64,000 nt of DNA from an uncultured Candidatus Bathyarchaeia archaeon (GTDB lineage Archaea > Thermoproteota > Bathyarchaeia > Bathyarchaeales > DTEX01). Below, piece by piece: positions 16,503 to 25,610 of this stretch. The position numbers and the translations under genes are program-made. Every line of letters starts with the position of its first letter. Position 1 is the stretch's first letter. The stretch is from NCBI GenBank assembly GCA_964508155.1, contig CAZDRE010000001.1, positions 197,174 to 261,173 on the forward strand, given 5' to 3'. The notes beneath the pieces are model-generated. The model was not told the origin of the DNA. It did no database searches and saw only the letters and a list, made by a program, of their open reading frames with translations.

Positions 16503-17590
16503 TCCCCTCTGAAGCTCATGTTCTTCGCCCATATCCTGCATGTGCCCTCCATGCTCACCATGCATGGCCCCACTGGATTCTGCGGAGTGCACGCCTTCAT
16601 GAATAGTGGACATTCAGTCGGCCTTATCCTCCCAACTATTATGAGGTGACATTTGCATCCAGCCGGAATATCAACTCCACGTTCAACCCTTACGTTATAC
16701 TTCAGCCTTGAATCGTAGTTTTCATATTTGCCGCGGATCCTTAGTGCTGAATCCCTGATCATGCCGAGGCCTCTCCATCCGCCATCTACAACCTCAAAGG
16801 CGGCGCTCATCATCTTCTGAGCACGCACATTCCCCTCAGGCAGAACAGCCCGCACATACTCATTCTCCAAACGGGGCTTTCCCATTCTCAGTTGCCTGAG
16901 AATCATGTATATAGCGAATAAAACGTCTAGTGGCTCAAATCCCGCGATGACTGTTGGGATGCGATAATATTTCGGGAAGATCCTGTATGGTTTGAGCCCA
17001 ATAATAGTGCTGACGTGACCTGGCGCGATGAATCCATTCAAGTTTAGTTCTTCCATCTCGGCTAGGAGCTTCATTGCAGGCGGGATTAGCCGATGTGAGA
17101 TGAGGAAACTCATGTTTCTTGGAGGACCCTTTATGATCTCTACGGCTGTTGATGGAGCCGTAGTCTCGAATCCTATGGCGAAGAATGCGAATTGCCTGTC
17201 CGGTTCCCTCTCCGCCATCTTCACGGCGTCTGAGACGCTATAGACTACGCGTACATCCGCTCCTTCAGCCTTCGCATCTAGAAGGGACATGCTTGATCCT
17301 GGAACTCGCAGGACATCCCCGAAACATGCGATTACGACGCCATTTAATGCTAGTTGGATCGCTTCATCAATCTCTGATGCTGGGGTGATGCAGACTGGAC
17401 ATCCAGGCCCGGCGATGACCTCAACGTTAGATGGTAGTAGACTGCGTATTCCACAGTGCGTTATTGTCCACTCGTGTGTTCCGCAGACATGGCATATCTT
17501 TATCATGTCCTGATCTGATGCGAGCCTATGGATCCTCTCTACTATTCGCCTCGCTAAATCGGCATCTCTAAACTTTAAGTTTCCGATCAT
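16499..17590 (-). CDS. hypD: Hydrogenase maturation protein HypD
   Basis: Motifs CHVCGTHEW, GPGCPVCITP and GFETTAPS. Confidence 0.9.
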   Translation of the reverse strand: MIGNLKFRDADLARRIVERIHRLASDQDMIKICHVCGTHEWTITHCGIRSLLPSNVEVIAGPGCPVCITPASEIDEAIQLALNGVVIACFGDVLRVPGSSMSLLDAKAEGADVRVVYSVSDAVKMAEREPDRQFAFFAIGFETTAPSTAVEIIKGPPRNMSFLISHRLIPPAMKLLAEMEELNLNGFIAPGHVSTIIGLKPYRIFPKYYRIPTVIAGFEPLDVLFAIYMILRQLRMGKPRLENEYVRAVLPEGNVRAQKMMSAAFEVVDGGWRGLGMIRDSALRIRGKYENYDSRLKYNVRVERGVDIPAGCKCHLIIVGRIRPTECPLFMKACTPQNPVGPCMVSMEGTCRIWAKNMSFRGD

Positions 17591-17829
17591 TAGGCATCAG
17601 CACGCTGAGCCTCATCTGCCTCTAGGATCTCATTCCATAATCGAATCGTCTCCTCAGCCTGCTCTCTACTTAGGACTTGAATTGCATAGCCAGCGTGAAC
17701 CAGAACGTATTCTCCAACCTTAACGTCCACCAGCGTTACGTCTATCTCCTTTATGATTCCCCCTCCGAAGTCCACTTTAGCCCTATTCTCATGGATGCAT
17801 AGGACCTTAGCCGGAACAGCCAGACACAT
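17590..17829 (-). CDS. hypC: Hydrogenase maturation chaperone HypC
   Basis: N-terminal MCLAVPAKV. The start is set at the ATG giving Met-Cys. The stop overlaps the hypD start. Confidence 0.9.
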   Translation of the reverse strand: MCLAVPAKVLCIHENRAKVDFGGGIIKEIDVTLVDVKVGEYVLVHAGYAIQVLSREQAEETIRLWNEILEADEAQRADA

Positions 17830-17867
17830 GATCATCCAAGCATAAATGAATTGGAGAAATAAATCAG

Positions 17868-20156
17868 TTATGTTTGGTTTGAGTAAGCCGCTATGGCTGC
17901 CTGGCCGAGGGATAATCCGCCATCACCCGGTGGGATCGAGTTATGAACTAGGAATTTTAATCCTGAGTCTTCGATGATCCTCCGCATGATCGTGGTTAGG
18001 ATCTGGTTGCATGCCACTCCGCCTGAAAATCCTACTGTCTTAACGTTCTCTTCCATGGCTTTCTCTATGGCTAATTCTGCGAGTCCCCTAGCGAGATATG
18101 AATGCAGCGAGTATGCGAGATCAGCCTTTGAGTATCTGCTTCTATTCTCGAAGATCTCAATTAGGGGTTCGGTTGTATCTAGGATGTCATTTGCTATATT
18201 GGGTTTAAGTTTGAGGATGTCTCTGCCGCTGATCGCTAGGGACTCCAGCTTCATGGCCGGCTCCCCCTCATAGGTGCGTTCGTAGCATACATCTAGAATC
18301 GCCGCTGCGGCGTCTAGGATCCTCCCGCAGCTCGTCGTCCTTATGCCTCTTCCCCGCTTAATCTGTTTGAGGATAACCTCTATTTCCCTCTCGCCGTGTG
18401 GGAATGACTTCCTATGCTGTAGGAGCCATTCTTCAACGTCAACCCTTCCATGTAATATTCCGGCTGCCATTCTCAGCGGGTAGCGTGCGGCTAGATCCCC
18501 GCCTGTCAGCGGCTGCCGTTCTAGATGTGCTAGACGCTTGAAATCTACGCTCTCCCGCGTGCAGAGGAGTATCTCGCCTCCCCAAGCTTCACCGTCCAGT
18601 CCATATCCGTATCCGTCGCATGCTATGCCTATGATCTCGTCTGTGCCATGCTCAGCCATTAAAGCCGCGATGTGCGCGTGGTGATGCTGAATTTGGATCA
18701 TCTGCCAATCATTCTCCTCTGAGAGCTCCTCTGCAAGGCTTGTCGTTACGAATTTCGGATGGAGATCACATGCTATAACCTTGACCTTCCCATTCGTCAA
18801 GTGGATTAGATGCCTTATGGAGCTCTTGAGGAAGGCTCTAGTCTCAACGTTCTCTACATCGCCTATATGCTGGGTCAGAAAGGCCTTCCTCCCAATTAGG
18901 ATGCAGCCAGTATTATTTAGCTCTCCGCCTAAGCCAACAGCGCAGCGTTTAGCTGCATGCCGCAACATTATCGGAGCCGGCGCATAGCCGCGTGAACGCC
19001 TCAGAAAGACTGTGCTTTCACCGTGGACGCGTATGACTGAATCGTCACATCTCTGGGCGATCCGTCTATTATGGAAGAGTATGTAGTCGGCTACGTCACC
19101 GAGCCTCTTCAGGGCTTCCTCATCATCCTTCACTATAGGCTGATTCGGGGGGTTAGCGCTCGTCATCACGAATGCGGGATCATCGGTCTTATCGAAGAGC
19201 ATGTAATGCAGGCCTGTATATGGGAGCATAACCCCAACATTGTGTAGGCTAGGCGCAATCAGATCTGAAAGGTAATAATTCTCGGATTTTTTCAGGAGGA
19301 CTATGGGGCGTGCATGGGATGTTAGAAGTTCACGCTCCCACCGGTTTATTTCAGCGAATGACCTAACTGCATCTAGACTTCGAGCCATGATCGCGAATGG
19401 CTTCTGCCTCCTATGCTTTGCCCTCCTAAGCCTGAGAAGCGGCTCATCCATCAGTGTTGAGGCGGCTAGGTGGAAGCCTCCGTAACCCTTAATCGCGACG
19501 ATATAACCCTCAGATACGAGCTGGCCAGCCATACGGATTGGGTCATTACACTCTATCCGCTCGCCTCTATTATCCGTGAGATAAACTTTTGGACCGCACT
19601 TTGGGCATGCGATGGTCTGAGCGTGGAATCGCCTATTTAATGGGTCAGCATACTCATTCATGCAGAATTGGCACATGGGGAAGTCCCGCATTGTAGTGTT
19701 CTCTCTATCGTAGGGTAGGCTCTCAATCACCGTGTATCTTGGGCCGCAGTTCGTGCATGTAATGAAGAAGTAATCGTATCTTGGATCCTTGGGATCTCTC
19801 AGTTCCCTTAGGCAATCATCGCAGATCGCAATGTCTGGAGGTATTATTGAGCCTGAAAGCTCAGCTTCCCTCGAACTCTTTTGGATAGTGAATTCCTTGA
19901 ATCTATATTTTCCCTTTAGATGTGAAGTTTTTATCTCGTGGATTACGGCGAGCGGAGGCTTCTTCGCTCTTAATTCCCTTAGGAAATCATCGATCTTCTC
20001 CTTGTCTCCTTCAAGCAGTATCTCTACTCCAGCGTCCCCCCTATTTCTGACGTAGCCATTCAAGCCCTTCCCGACTGCTAGGCGGTATATGAATGGACGG
20101 AAGCCTACCCCCTGAACTATTCCCGTAACTCTAACCTTCAAGCGTGCCATTACCAT
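17868..20156 (-). CDS. hypF: Carbamoyltransferase HypF
   Basis: Acylphosphatase domain (VTGIVQGVGFRPFIYRLA), two CxxC-X18-CxxC zinc fingers, and YrdC-like and Kae1-like domains. Size is 762 aa. Confidence 0.95.
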   Translation of the reverse strand: MVMARLKVRVTGIVQGVGFRPFIYRLAVGKGLNGYVRNRGDAGVEILLEGDKEKIDDFLRELRAKKPPLAVIHEIKTSHLKGKYRFKEFTIQKSSREAELSGSIIPPDIAICDDCLRELRDPKDPRYDYFFITCTNCGPRYTVIESLPYDRENTTMRDFPMCQFCMNEYADPLNRRFHAQTIACPKCGPKVYLTDNRGERIECNDPIRMAGQLVSEGYIVAIKGYGGFHLAASTLMDEPLLRLRRAKHRRQKPFAIMARSLDAVRSFAEINRWERELLTSHARPIVLLKKSENYYLSDLIAPSLHNVGVMLPYTGLHYMLFDKTDDPAFVMTSANPPNQPIVKDDEEALKRLGDVADYILFHNRRIAQRCDDSVIRVHGESTVFLRRSRGYAPAPIMLRHAAKRCAVGLGGELNNTGCILIGRKAFLTQHIGDVENVETRAFLKSSIRHLIHLTNGKVKVIACDLHPKFVTTSLAEELSEENDWQMIQIQHHHAHIAALMAEHGTDEIIGIACDGYGYGLDGEAWGGEILLCTRESVDFKRLAHLERQPLTGGDLAARYPLRMAAGILHGRVDVEEWLLQHRKSFPHGEREIEVILKQIKRGRGIRTTSCGRILDAAAAILDVCYERTYEGEPAMKLESLAISGRDILKLKPNIANDILDTTEPLIEIFENRSRYSKADLAYSLHSYLARGLAELAIEKAMEENVKTVGFSGGVACNQILTTIMRRIIEDSGLKFLVHNSIPPGDGGLSLGQAAIAAYSNQT

Positions 20157-20294
20157 TCCCTATCGGCATCATTAAACTATGGGATCGTATTAAGCCGCGA
20201 TTAGTTAGGTGTATTCATCTACATAAAAGATCCTCAGTTTTAACGGCGTTAAAGATATATCCTCCGCATCAAACCAAGATCTGAGGGGAAGAGT

Positions 20295-20714
20295 ATGAAG
20301 CCTCCCTGCATAGTAGTCGTGAATTATCTCCTACCTGCAATTAGGATTCTTATCGCTAAGGAGCTGATTGAGAAGCATGGCTTAAACAGGATTGAAGCGG
20401 CTAAGAGGATGGGATTAACTCCAGCCGCTATCACACAATACTTTAAGAGAGCCAGGGGAGAGCCGGCACTTAAAATAATCAAGATACCAGATGAGGCGAC
20501 GAAGATGATATCTGAGATGGCGGAGGAGATCGCGGAGGATAGGGCATCAGCATATGATATAATAAAGAGGATATGTAAGATCTGCTGGATGATGAGATCT
20601 AAGGGTCTCCTCTGCGAGGCTCATAGGGAGATACTTCCAGCCCTAAGGGAGGACGAGATATGCGAGAGGGAGTTTCGCCTTCCACTCAAATACTGCTTAG
20701 AGAGAACCAGCTAG
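20295..20714 (+). CDS. HTH transcriptional regulator (XRE/COG2522-like) with a C-terminal Cys/His cluster
   Basis: LPAIRILIAKELIEKHGLNRIEAAKRMGLTPAAITQYFKRARG is an HTH pattern. The C-terminus carries CKICW...CEAH. It lies divergent to hypF. Confidence 0.55.
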   Translation: MKPPCIVVVNYLLPAIRILIAKELIEKHGLNRIEAAKRMGLTPAAITQYFKRARGEPALKIIKIPDEATKMISEMAEEIAEDRASAYDIIKRICKICWMMRSKGLLCEAHREILPALREDEICEREFRLPLKYCLERTS

Positions 20715-20752
20715 AATAATTAATCCCTAAAAGTTCGGGAGGTGGTAACATA

Positions 20753-20908
20753 TGGCTCAAAAGAGATTCCTGACATGTCCTAGATGCAACTTCAATTTTG
20801 AGGTGAGCTATGCTAGAGTATTCGCTTGCTCAGGATGTCCATCATCTGTATTCTGCAAATACGTGAAGTGTCCGAAGTGCGGCTATGAATTCCAGATTCG
20901 AAGATGAC
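20753..20908 (+). CDS. Small zinc-ribbon protein (51 aa), absent from the ORF track
   Basis: The ATG is preceded by gggaggtgg 5 nt upstream. Translation: MAQKRFLTCPRCNFNFEVSYARVFACSGCPSSVFCKYVKCPKCGYEFQIRR, with three CxxC pairs. Confidence 0.45.
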
Positions 20909-20919
20909 AACGTTAGATA

Positions 20920-21150
20920 TTACTCCTTAACTTTGAGGTTTTCGTTCAGCTCCTTCAGCAGCTCATCTAAATCAGCATTGTATGCTCTTGCAACCTCGCC
21001 TATCCTCAGCCTGCTCAATTCAAGCCTGGCAAATGGGCATACTGGGCAGTAGATACCATGCTTAACTAATATCCTACCCGCCCCTGGATCCCTCAGTATC
21101 TCCTTTAATGTCGTGTTCTCCGTGATCTTTCTTTTCGACAATGTATTCAC
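20920..21150 (-). CDS. DUF1858-like small redox/disulfide domain protein
   Basis: 76 aa. TLKEILRDPGAGRILVKHGIYCPVCPFARLE...ARAYNADLDELLKELN matches the ScdA N-terminal / DUF1858 pattern. Confidence 0.45.
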   Translation of the reverse strand: MNTLSKRKITENTTLKEILRDPGAGRILVKHGIYCPVCPFARLELSRLRIGEVARAYNADLDELLKELNENLKVKE

Positions 21151-21191
21151 GTGCTAAATCTATAATTGCCGCACTTAAATATTTAACGCTG

Positions 21192-21677
21192 TTAAATGTC
21201 CTCATCTGAGAGTATCTCAAGAAGCATCCTCGCGATCCTCCTTGCTGATCTTTGAACCTCAAAGCTCATCTCCTCCCCAAATCCGATCCTCCGCGGCTGT
21301 ATAGCCAGGAGCATGACCCTCGCGCCCAAAGTCTTCTCGATGACCTCCGCTAAAACTGAGAGTGGAACGTTATGGGTTGATAGAGGGATGCCCGAAATCA
21401 TTTCTGGCTTTATAAGCCTAGCCTCGCCTGGGTAGCCTCCGAAGTGCGCAGCGTCCATCATCAAGACGTGGGATGGACTGAACTTTCTTATCTCGCCTAT
21501 GAAGTTCTCCGGAACTGACTGGCAATCTATTATCTTAACTTTGTCTGGGACTTTACCCTTGAGCAACCTGACTATCTCTACTCCTACTCCATCGTCTCCC
21601 CTCATGGGGTTTCCTATGCCGAGTATTACCAGTCTCCCATAGTTCTTCAGCCAATCTGAAAGGCATCTCATTAACAT
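21192..21677 (-). CDS. Hydrogenase maturation endopeptidase (HycI/HybD family)
   Basis: LVILGIGNPMRGDDGVGVEIV motif, with an HNV/His near the C-terminal third. Both large subunits carry cleavable C-terminal extensions. Confidence 0.85.
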   Translation of the reverse strand: MLMRCLSDWLKNYGRLVILGIGNPMRGDDGVGVEIVRLLKGKVPDKVKIIDCQSVPENFIGEIRKFSPSHVLMMDAAHFGGYPGEARLIKPEMISGIPLSTHNVPLSVLAEVIEKTLGARVMLLAIQPRRIGFGEEMSFEVQRSARRIARMLLEILSDEDI

Positions 21678-21701
21678 AAGAGCCGCTTCCGAACTGAAGT
21701 T

Positions 21702-22298
21702 TTAGAGGAATCTTCCCTTATAGAATGTTGTGGCTGGGCATCCTATACATTTCCCAGATGGGTAGCATAATTCTTCGCTGCATATCTTTCCGCAGGGGGA
21801 TCTACTTCCCCTCTTATACCACATTTTTATTGGAACAACGAGATCCTTCGCCGTTGCTATGACCACATTGAACTCAACATCCGTGACGTTTGGATTCTTC
21901 CTTATGTGGTAGTTTATGCAGGACTCAATCGCTGAGAGCCTCTCACCTATGAAGAATAGACATAAATTGTGCCTGCCAGAGGTGACCAGTCCGTTAATAA
22001 ACATTGGGCAGTTCTCAAAGAAGCCCAAAACCTTCCATGGATCCCTCGCTGTCATATCTATCTTCGCTATGTATAAATCCGTCTCCTTCAGGTTCATTCC
22101 GACAACATGCTCTATGACCCCGGCGTCCTCTAATCTCTTTATCCTAGCATAAACCGCCGGCTGGGATATTCCAAGCCTCCGAGCGATCTCGCTCTGAGAG
22201 ATCCTCGGTTCCTCCATCAGATATGATATTATTCTCTTATCAATCTCATCTATCTCGGCGCCTCTCAATGCCTTCACCAGCCTACACTTAAGTGCCAA
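21702..22298 (-). CDS. Lrp/AsnC-family transcriptional regulator with a Cys-rich C-terminal extension
   Basis: HTH segment DKRIISYLMEEPRISQSEIARRLGISQPAVYARIKRLEDAGVI, then a RAM-like domain, then the tail CGKICSEELCYPSGKCIGCP. It lies divergent to the hydrogenase 2 operon. Confidence 0.75.
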   Translation of the reverse strand: MALKCRLVKALRGAEIDEIDKRIISYLMEEPRISQSEIARRLGISQPAVYARIKRLEDAGVIEHVVGMNLKETDLYIAKIDMTARDPWKVLGFFENCPMFINGLVTSGRHNLCLFFIGERLSAIESCINYHIRKNPNVTDVEFNVVIATAKDLVVPIKMWYKRGSRSPCGKICSEELCYPSGKCIGCPATTFYKGRFL

Positions 22299-22339
22299 GC
22301 CGCTTATGCACTATCAGATCATACATTATCATCCATAAA

Positions 22340-22430
22340 AATTTTTCCACAAAAAACTATTAATTATAGATAATTTTTCCGAAAGCACAAAAGATATATA
22401 GGAAAAAATGCGTTTCTTTTTTATAATTCT
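22340..22430. promoter_or_regulatory. Divergent promoter region with three copies of an AATTTTTCC motif and TATA-like boxes
   Basis: AATTTTTCC occurs at 22340-22348 and 22372-22380 (direct) and inverted as GGAAAAAAT at 22401-22409. The second and third copies flank aaagatatata. The box ttttttataa at 22417-22426 lies ~29 nt upstream of the ATG at 22451. Confidence 0.35.
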
Positions 22431-22450
22431 CAAGTGGAGTTAGGCAGATC

Positions 22451-22924
22451 ATGCTGACGAGAACAAAGAGCAACCAAAGGGTTCTACTATTTGATCCTGC
22501 AAGGTGCACTGGATGCAGGTACTGCGAGATCGCATGTTCATTCTATCATTTTGGGACGTTAGGCTTTGAAGGGGCAAATCTGCATGTGATATTTGATGAG
22601 GAGAGAGACGAGTTTGAGGCTATATATTGTCAGCACTGCGATGAGCCCATATGCATGGCTGCATGCCCAAACAGTGCTATAACAAAGGATGAGGAGACGG
22701 GATGGGTTAGGATAAACCCAACCATATGCATAGGATGTAAAACTTGCAGTATAGTCTGCCCTCTCTCCGCTCCATGGTTCAACGAGAAATTCCATGTTTC
22801 AATGAAATGCGACTTCTGCGGTGGAGATCCACAATGCGCCAAGTTCTGCTCTCCGCAGGCAATAAGGGTGACGACGCGTGAGGAGGCCTTAAGACTCAAT
22901 AAGAGGAGATATTTGGAGGTTTAG
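22451..22924 (+). CDS. Multi-cluster [4Fe-4S] ferredoxin subunit (HycB/DmsB-like) of hydrogenase 2
   Basis: Motifs CTGCRYCEIAC, CQHCDEPICMAACP, CIGCKTCSIVCP and CDFCGG..CAKFC. Confidence 0.85.
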   Translation: MLTRTKSNQRVLLFDPARCTGCRYCEIACSFYHFGTLGFEGANLHVIFDEERDEFEAIYCQHCDEPICMAACPNSAITKDEETGWVRINPTICIGCKTCSIVCPLSAPWFNEKFHVSMKCDFCGGDPQCAKFCSPQAIRVTTREEALRLNKRRYLEV

Positions 22925-22928
22925 GTTC

Positions 22929-23597
22929 ATGCGCATTGAGGAGGAGATCGCCGATTATATGCGTAAGGAGCTGAATAACGCTCTTATAGGCGTAGATATA
23001 CCACGTGAAAGGAGAGTCCTACTGATTATTAAGCCAGAAGCCCTAAGGAGAGCCGTTAATGCCCTAAAGAATAATTATTCAAACCTCAGATTCATAACTA
23101 TCACGGTTGTGGATAATGGATTAGACTTCGAGTTCCTACACCACTTTAATATAGGCGGCGTAATCGCAACTCTGAAAAGTTTAAGGGCGAAGGAGGAGAA
23201 TATTCTCGAGTCTATCGCTGATCTAATTCCAGCGGCGACCTTCATAGAGCGGGAGATCGCGGATCTATTCGGCATAAAGATACTTGATCATGAAGCTAAG
23301 AATCTGATATTGACGAGAGACTGGCCGGAAGATAAGCGTCCACTGAGGAAGCCGCTTATGGGGCCTCTTCCAAAGCAGGCTAGGCCCGTAGCCGAGGCTT
23401 TGATATCAACTGGCTGCGTCGCTCCAATCTCGAGGATGATGGAGAGAAAACGGGAGTCGGCTGGGCTTTCTAAAACGCCTGCCTTCACTTTCACGGAAGA
23501 TGAGGATCTACGTGAATTTCACGAAATATTGAGGGACACCAGCCTATCAGAGAGTGTAGGCTTCGATTGGAAGAGAAAAAAGTTGAGATATAGGTGA
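22929..23597 (+). CDS. NuoC/EchD-like subunit of hydrogenase 2 with a ~80-aa C-terminal extension
   Basis: FITITVVD, ATFIEREIADLFGIKILDHE and LRKPL match the NuoC-family pattern. The tail has no recognisable motif. Confidence 0.8.
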   Translation: MRIEEEIADYMRKELNNALIGVDIPRERRVLLIIKPEALRRAVNALKNNYSNLRFITITVVDNGLDFEFLHHFNIGGVIATLKSLRAKEENILESIADLIPAATFIEREIADLFGIKILDHEAKNLILTRDWPEDKRPLRKPLMGPLPKQARPVAEALISTGCVAPISRMMERKRESAGLSKTPAFTFTEDEDLREFHEILRDTSLSESVGFDWKRKKLRYR

Positions 23598-23603
23598 AGT
23601 TGC

Positions 23604-24479
23604 ATGGGCAGATATGCTCTTTTTCTCGGATGTCAAATTCCGATGCGCATTCCAAGCGTTGAGATCGCATCGAGAAACATATTTGAAAAGTTAGGCCTGG
23701 AAATATCTGATCTTAAGGGTTACTCATGCTGCCCCGAGCCCGTTATATCCCGGCTATTAGATGAGAAGGCTTGGCTTACAGTCTCAGCGCGAAACATTAC
23801 GCTGGCGGAGGAGTTAGGTCTCGACATAGCAACGCTATGTAATGGATGTTATGAAACTCTACTCGAGGCGAATGTCATTCTCAAGCGTGACCGAGAAATG
23901 AGGGAGCAGGTGAATAGCATCCTTAGGAGATATGGAAGGGAGTATAGAGGAGTAGTCGACGTTAAGCACATAGTCGAGGTTCTATATGAGGATGCCGGGT
24001 TAGAGAAGATTAGGGAGCATGTTGTTAAGCCTCTGAAGATCCGCGTTGCTCTACATTACGGTTGCCATTTATATCGGGAGCCGAATGGCGGGGATATTAT
24101 GCGTAAGCCAGATATGATGAGGAGGCTGGCGGAGGCCGCTGGTGCCACAGTAGTGAATTATGGGCTTGAACGTTTATGCTGCGGATATCCAAGCATGCAG
24201 GTAGATGAGGAATTCTCACTCAATCAGAGGCTGCTTCCGAAGTTGAGGAGGATAAAGGATGCTGGAGCAGACGCTGTAATCCTAACATGCCCAGCATGTA
24301 ACATACAATTTGAGACTGGGCAGGTGCTTCTTAGAGCACGTGGCATACGCTTTGATATTCCATGCCTGAACCTAATGGAGCTCCTAGCATTATCTTTTGG
24401 AGTTCCATACGAGAAGCTGCATCTCGAAGTTCATAGGAGCCCCGTTCTACAGTTCGCTAAAAGATTGGAGGGGAATTAA
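23604..24479 (+). CDS. HdrB-like protein with two complete CCG domains
   Basis: First motif C-X31-CC-X35-CNGC and second motif C-X37-CC-X35-CPAC, counted directly in the translation. The gene sits between the NuoC-like and large-subunit genes, with gaps of 6 and 3 nt. Confidence 0.85.
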   Translation: MGRYALFLGCQIPMRIPSVEIASRNIFEKLGLEISDLKGYSCCPEPVISRLLDEKAWLTVSARNITLAEELGLDIATLCNGCYETLLEANVILKRDREMREQVNSILRRYGREYRGVVDVKHIVEVLYEDAGLEKIREHVVKPLKIRVALHYGCHLYREPNGGDIMRKPDMMRRLAEAAGATVVNYGLERLCCGYPSMQVDEEFSLNQRLLPKLRRIKDAGADAVILTCPACNIQFETGQVLLRARGIRFDIPCLNLMELLALSFGVPYEKLHLEVHRSPVLQFAKRLEGN

Positions 24480-24482
24480 GCC

Positions 24483-25610
24483 TTGCCCGAAACCGTTCAT
24501 ATTGGACCATACCGTCCGCAGATGGTAGAGCCTGAAAGATTCGAGCTTCTAGTAGAGAATGGCCGGATAACCGATGTTAATATCGAGTTGGGTTATGTTC
24601 ACAGGGGGATAGAACGGCTCTTCACTCAGAAGACCTACATGCAGAACTTGGCGCTTGCCGAGCGAATCTGCGGGATATGCTCCGGGGTGCATACGCTCTG
24701 TTACGCGCAGACTGTTGAGGCGATAATGAACGTGGATGTCCCGGAGAGAGCCGAGTATCTGCGTTGCATATACATGGAGCTTGAGCGGCTGCACAGTCAC
24801 TATTTATGGTTTGGAGTATTGGCTCACAGCCTACATGAGCATGAAGCCTTCCTGAAGATAATGACTGAGAGGGAGCAGATTCAGGACCTACTTGAATACC
24901 TAACTGGGAATAGGATAAACTATTTGATTAATACGATAGGCGGCGTCAGGAGAGATATAACTTCGAGGAAGGCTGAGAAGATTCGTAAGGTCCTAAGAAG
25001 CCTTAGGAAGCTCTCAGATTATCTGCTCTCACTTCTAGATGAGGATGGAGCATTCACAGAGAAGATTAAGGGCATAGGGGTCTTGCCGAGGGAGAAGGCG
25101 TTAAGTCTGGGAGCAGTCGGCCCTACACTGCGTGGATCCGGAGTGGAAAGCGATGTGCGTAGGGATGATCCATACGCTGCCTATGACAGGTTAGACTTCA
25201 ATGTGATAACTGAGGATGAGGGTGATGTGTGGGCTAGAACCTCTGTTAGAGCGAAGGAGACATTGGAGAGCATAAGCATAATTGAGCAGGCCCTTGATGA
25301 ACTTCCTGGGGGCGAAATAGCGGTTAAGCCCGGTGAGCCTCTGGAGAGGGAGGAGATTGGGAGGGCTGAAGCTCCACGCGGAGAACTCGTCTATTACATT
25401 AGATCGGATGGGACGAATATACCTGCGAGGGTGAAGGTGAGAACCCCATCCTTCGCTAATAACTTTGCATTAACAGAGATGCTTCGCGGCGATAGACTTC
25501 AGGATGCAAGGGTGATAATTGAGAGTATAGATCCATGCTTCGCATGCACGGATCGCGTTACAGTTGTAGATGCGAAGACTGGTAGGAGACGGTTGGTGGA
25601 GTTGATCTAG
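24483..25610 (+). CDS. [NiFe]-hydrogenase large subunit, group-4 type, hydrogenase 2
   Basis: L1 motif ERICGICSGVH and L2 motif DPCFACTDR, plus a 20-aa C-terminal extension. TTG start. It shares blocks with the hydrogenase 1 large subunit (DVRRDDPYAAYD, EAPRGEL). Confidence 0.9.
   Translation: MPETVHIGPYRPQMVEPERFELLVENGRITDVNIELGYVHRGIERLFTQKTYMQNLALAERICGICSGVHTLCYAQTVEAIMNVDVPERAEYLRCIYMELERLHSHYLWFGVLAHSLHEHEAFLKIMTEREQIQDLLEYLTGNRINYLINTIGGVRRDITSRKAEKIRKVLRSLRKLSDYLLSLLDEDGAFTEKIKGIGVLPREKALSLGAVGPTLRGSGVESDVRRDDPYAAYDRLDFNVITEDEGDVWARTSVRAKETLESISIIEQALDELPGGEIAVKPGEPLEREEIGRAEAPRGELVYYIRSDGTNIPARVKVRTPSFANNFALTEMLRGDRLQDARVIIESIDPCFACTDRVTVVDAKTGRRRLVELI

Noticed and set aside
16419-16613. 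A His-rich 64-aa ORF (…MHGEHGGHMQDMGEEHE…) at the hypE/hypD junction, tempting as a Ni-binding peptide
   Set aside because: It overlaps the last ~38 codons of hypD in another frame and is antisense to the hypE 3' end. It has no independent start context. The His codons arise from the catg/gtg-rich complement of conserved hyp sequence.
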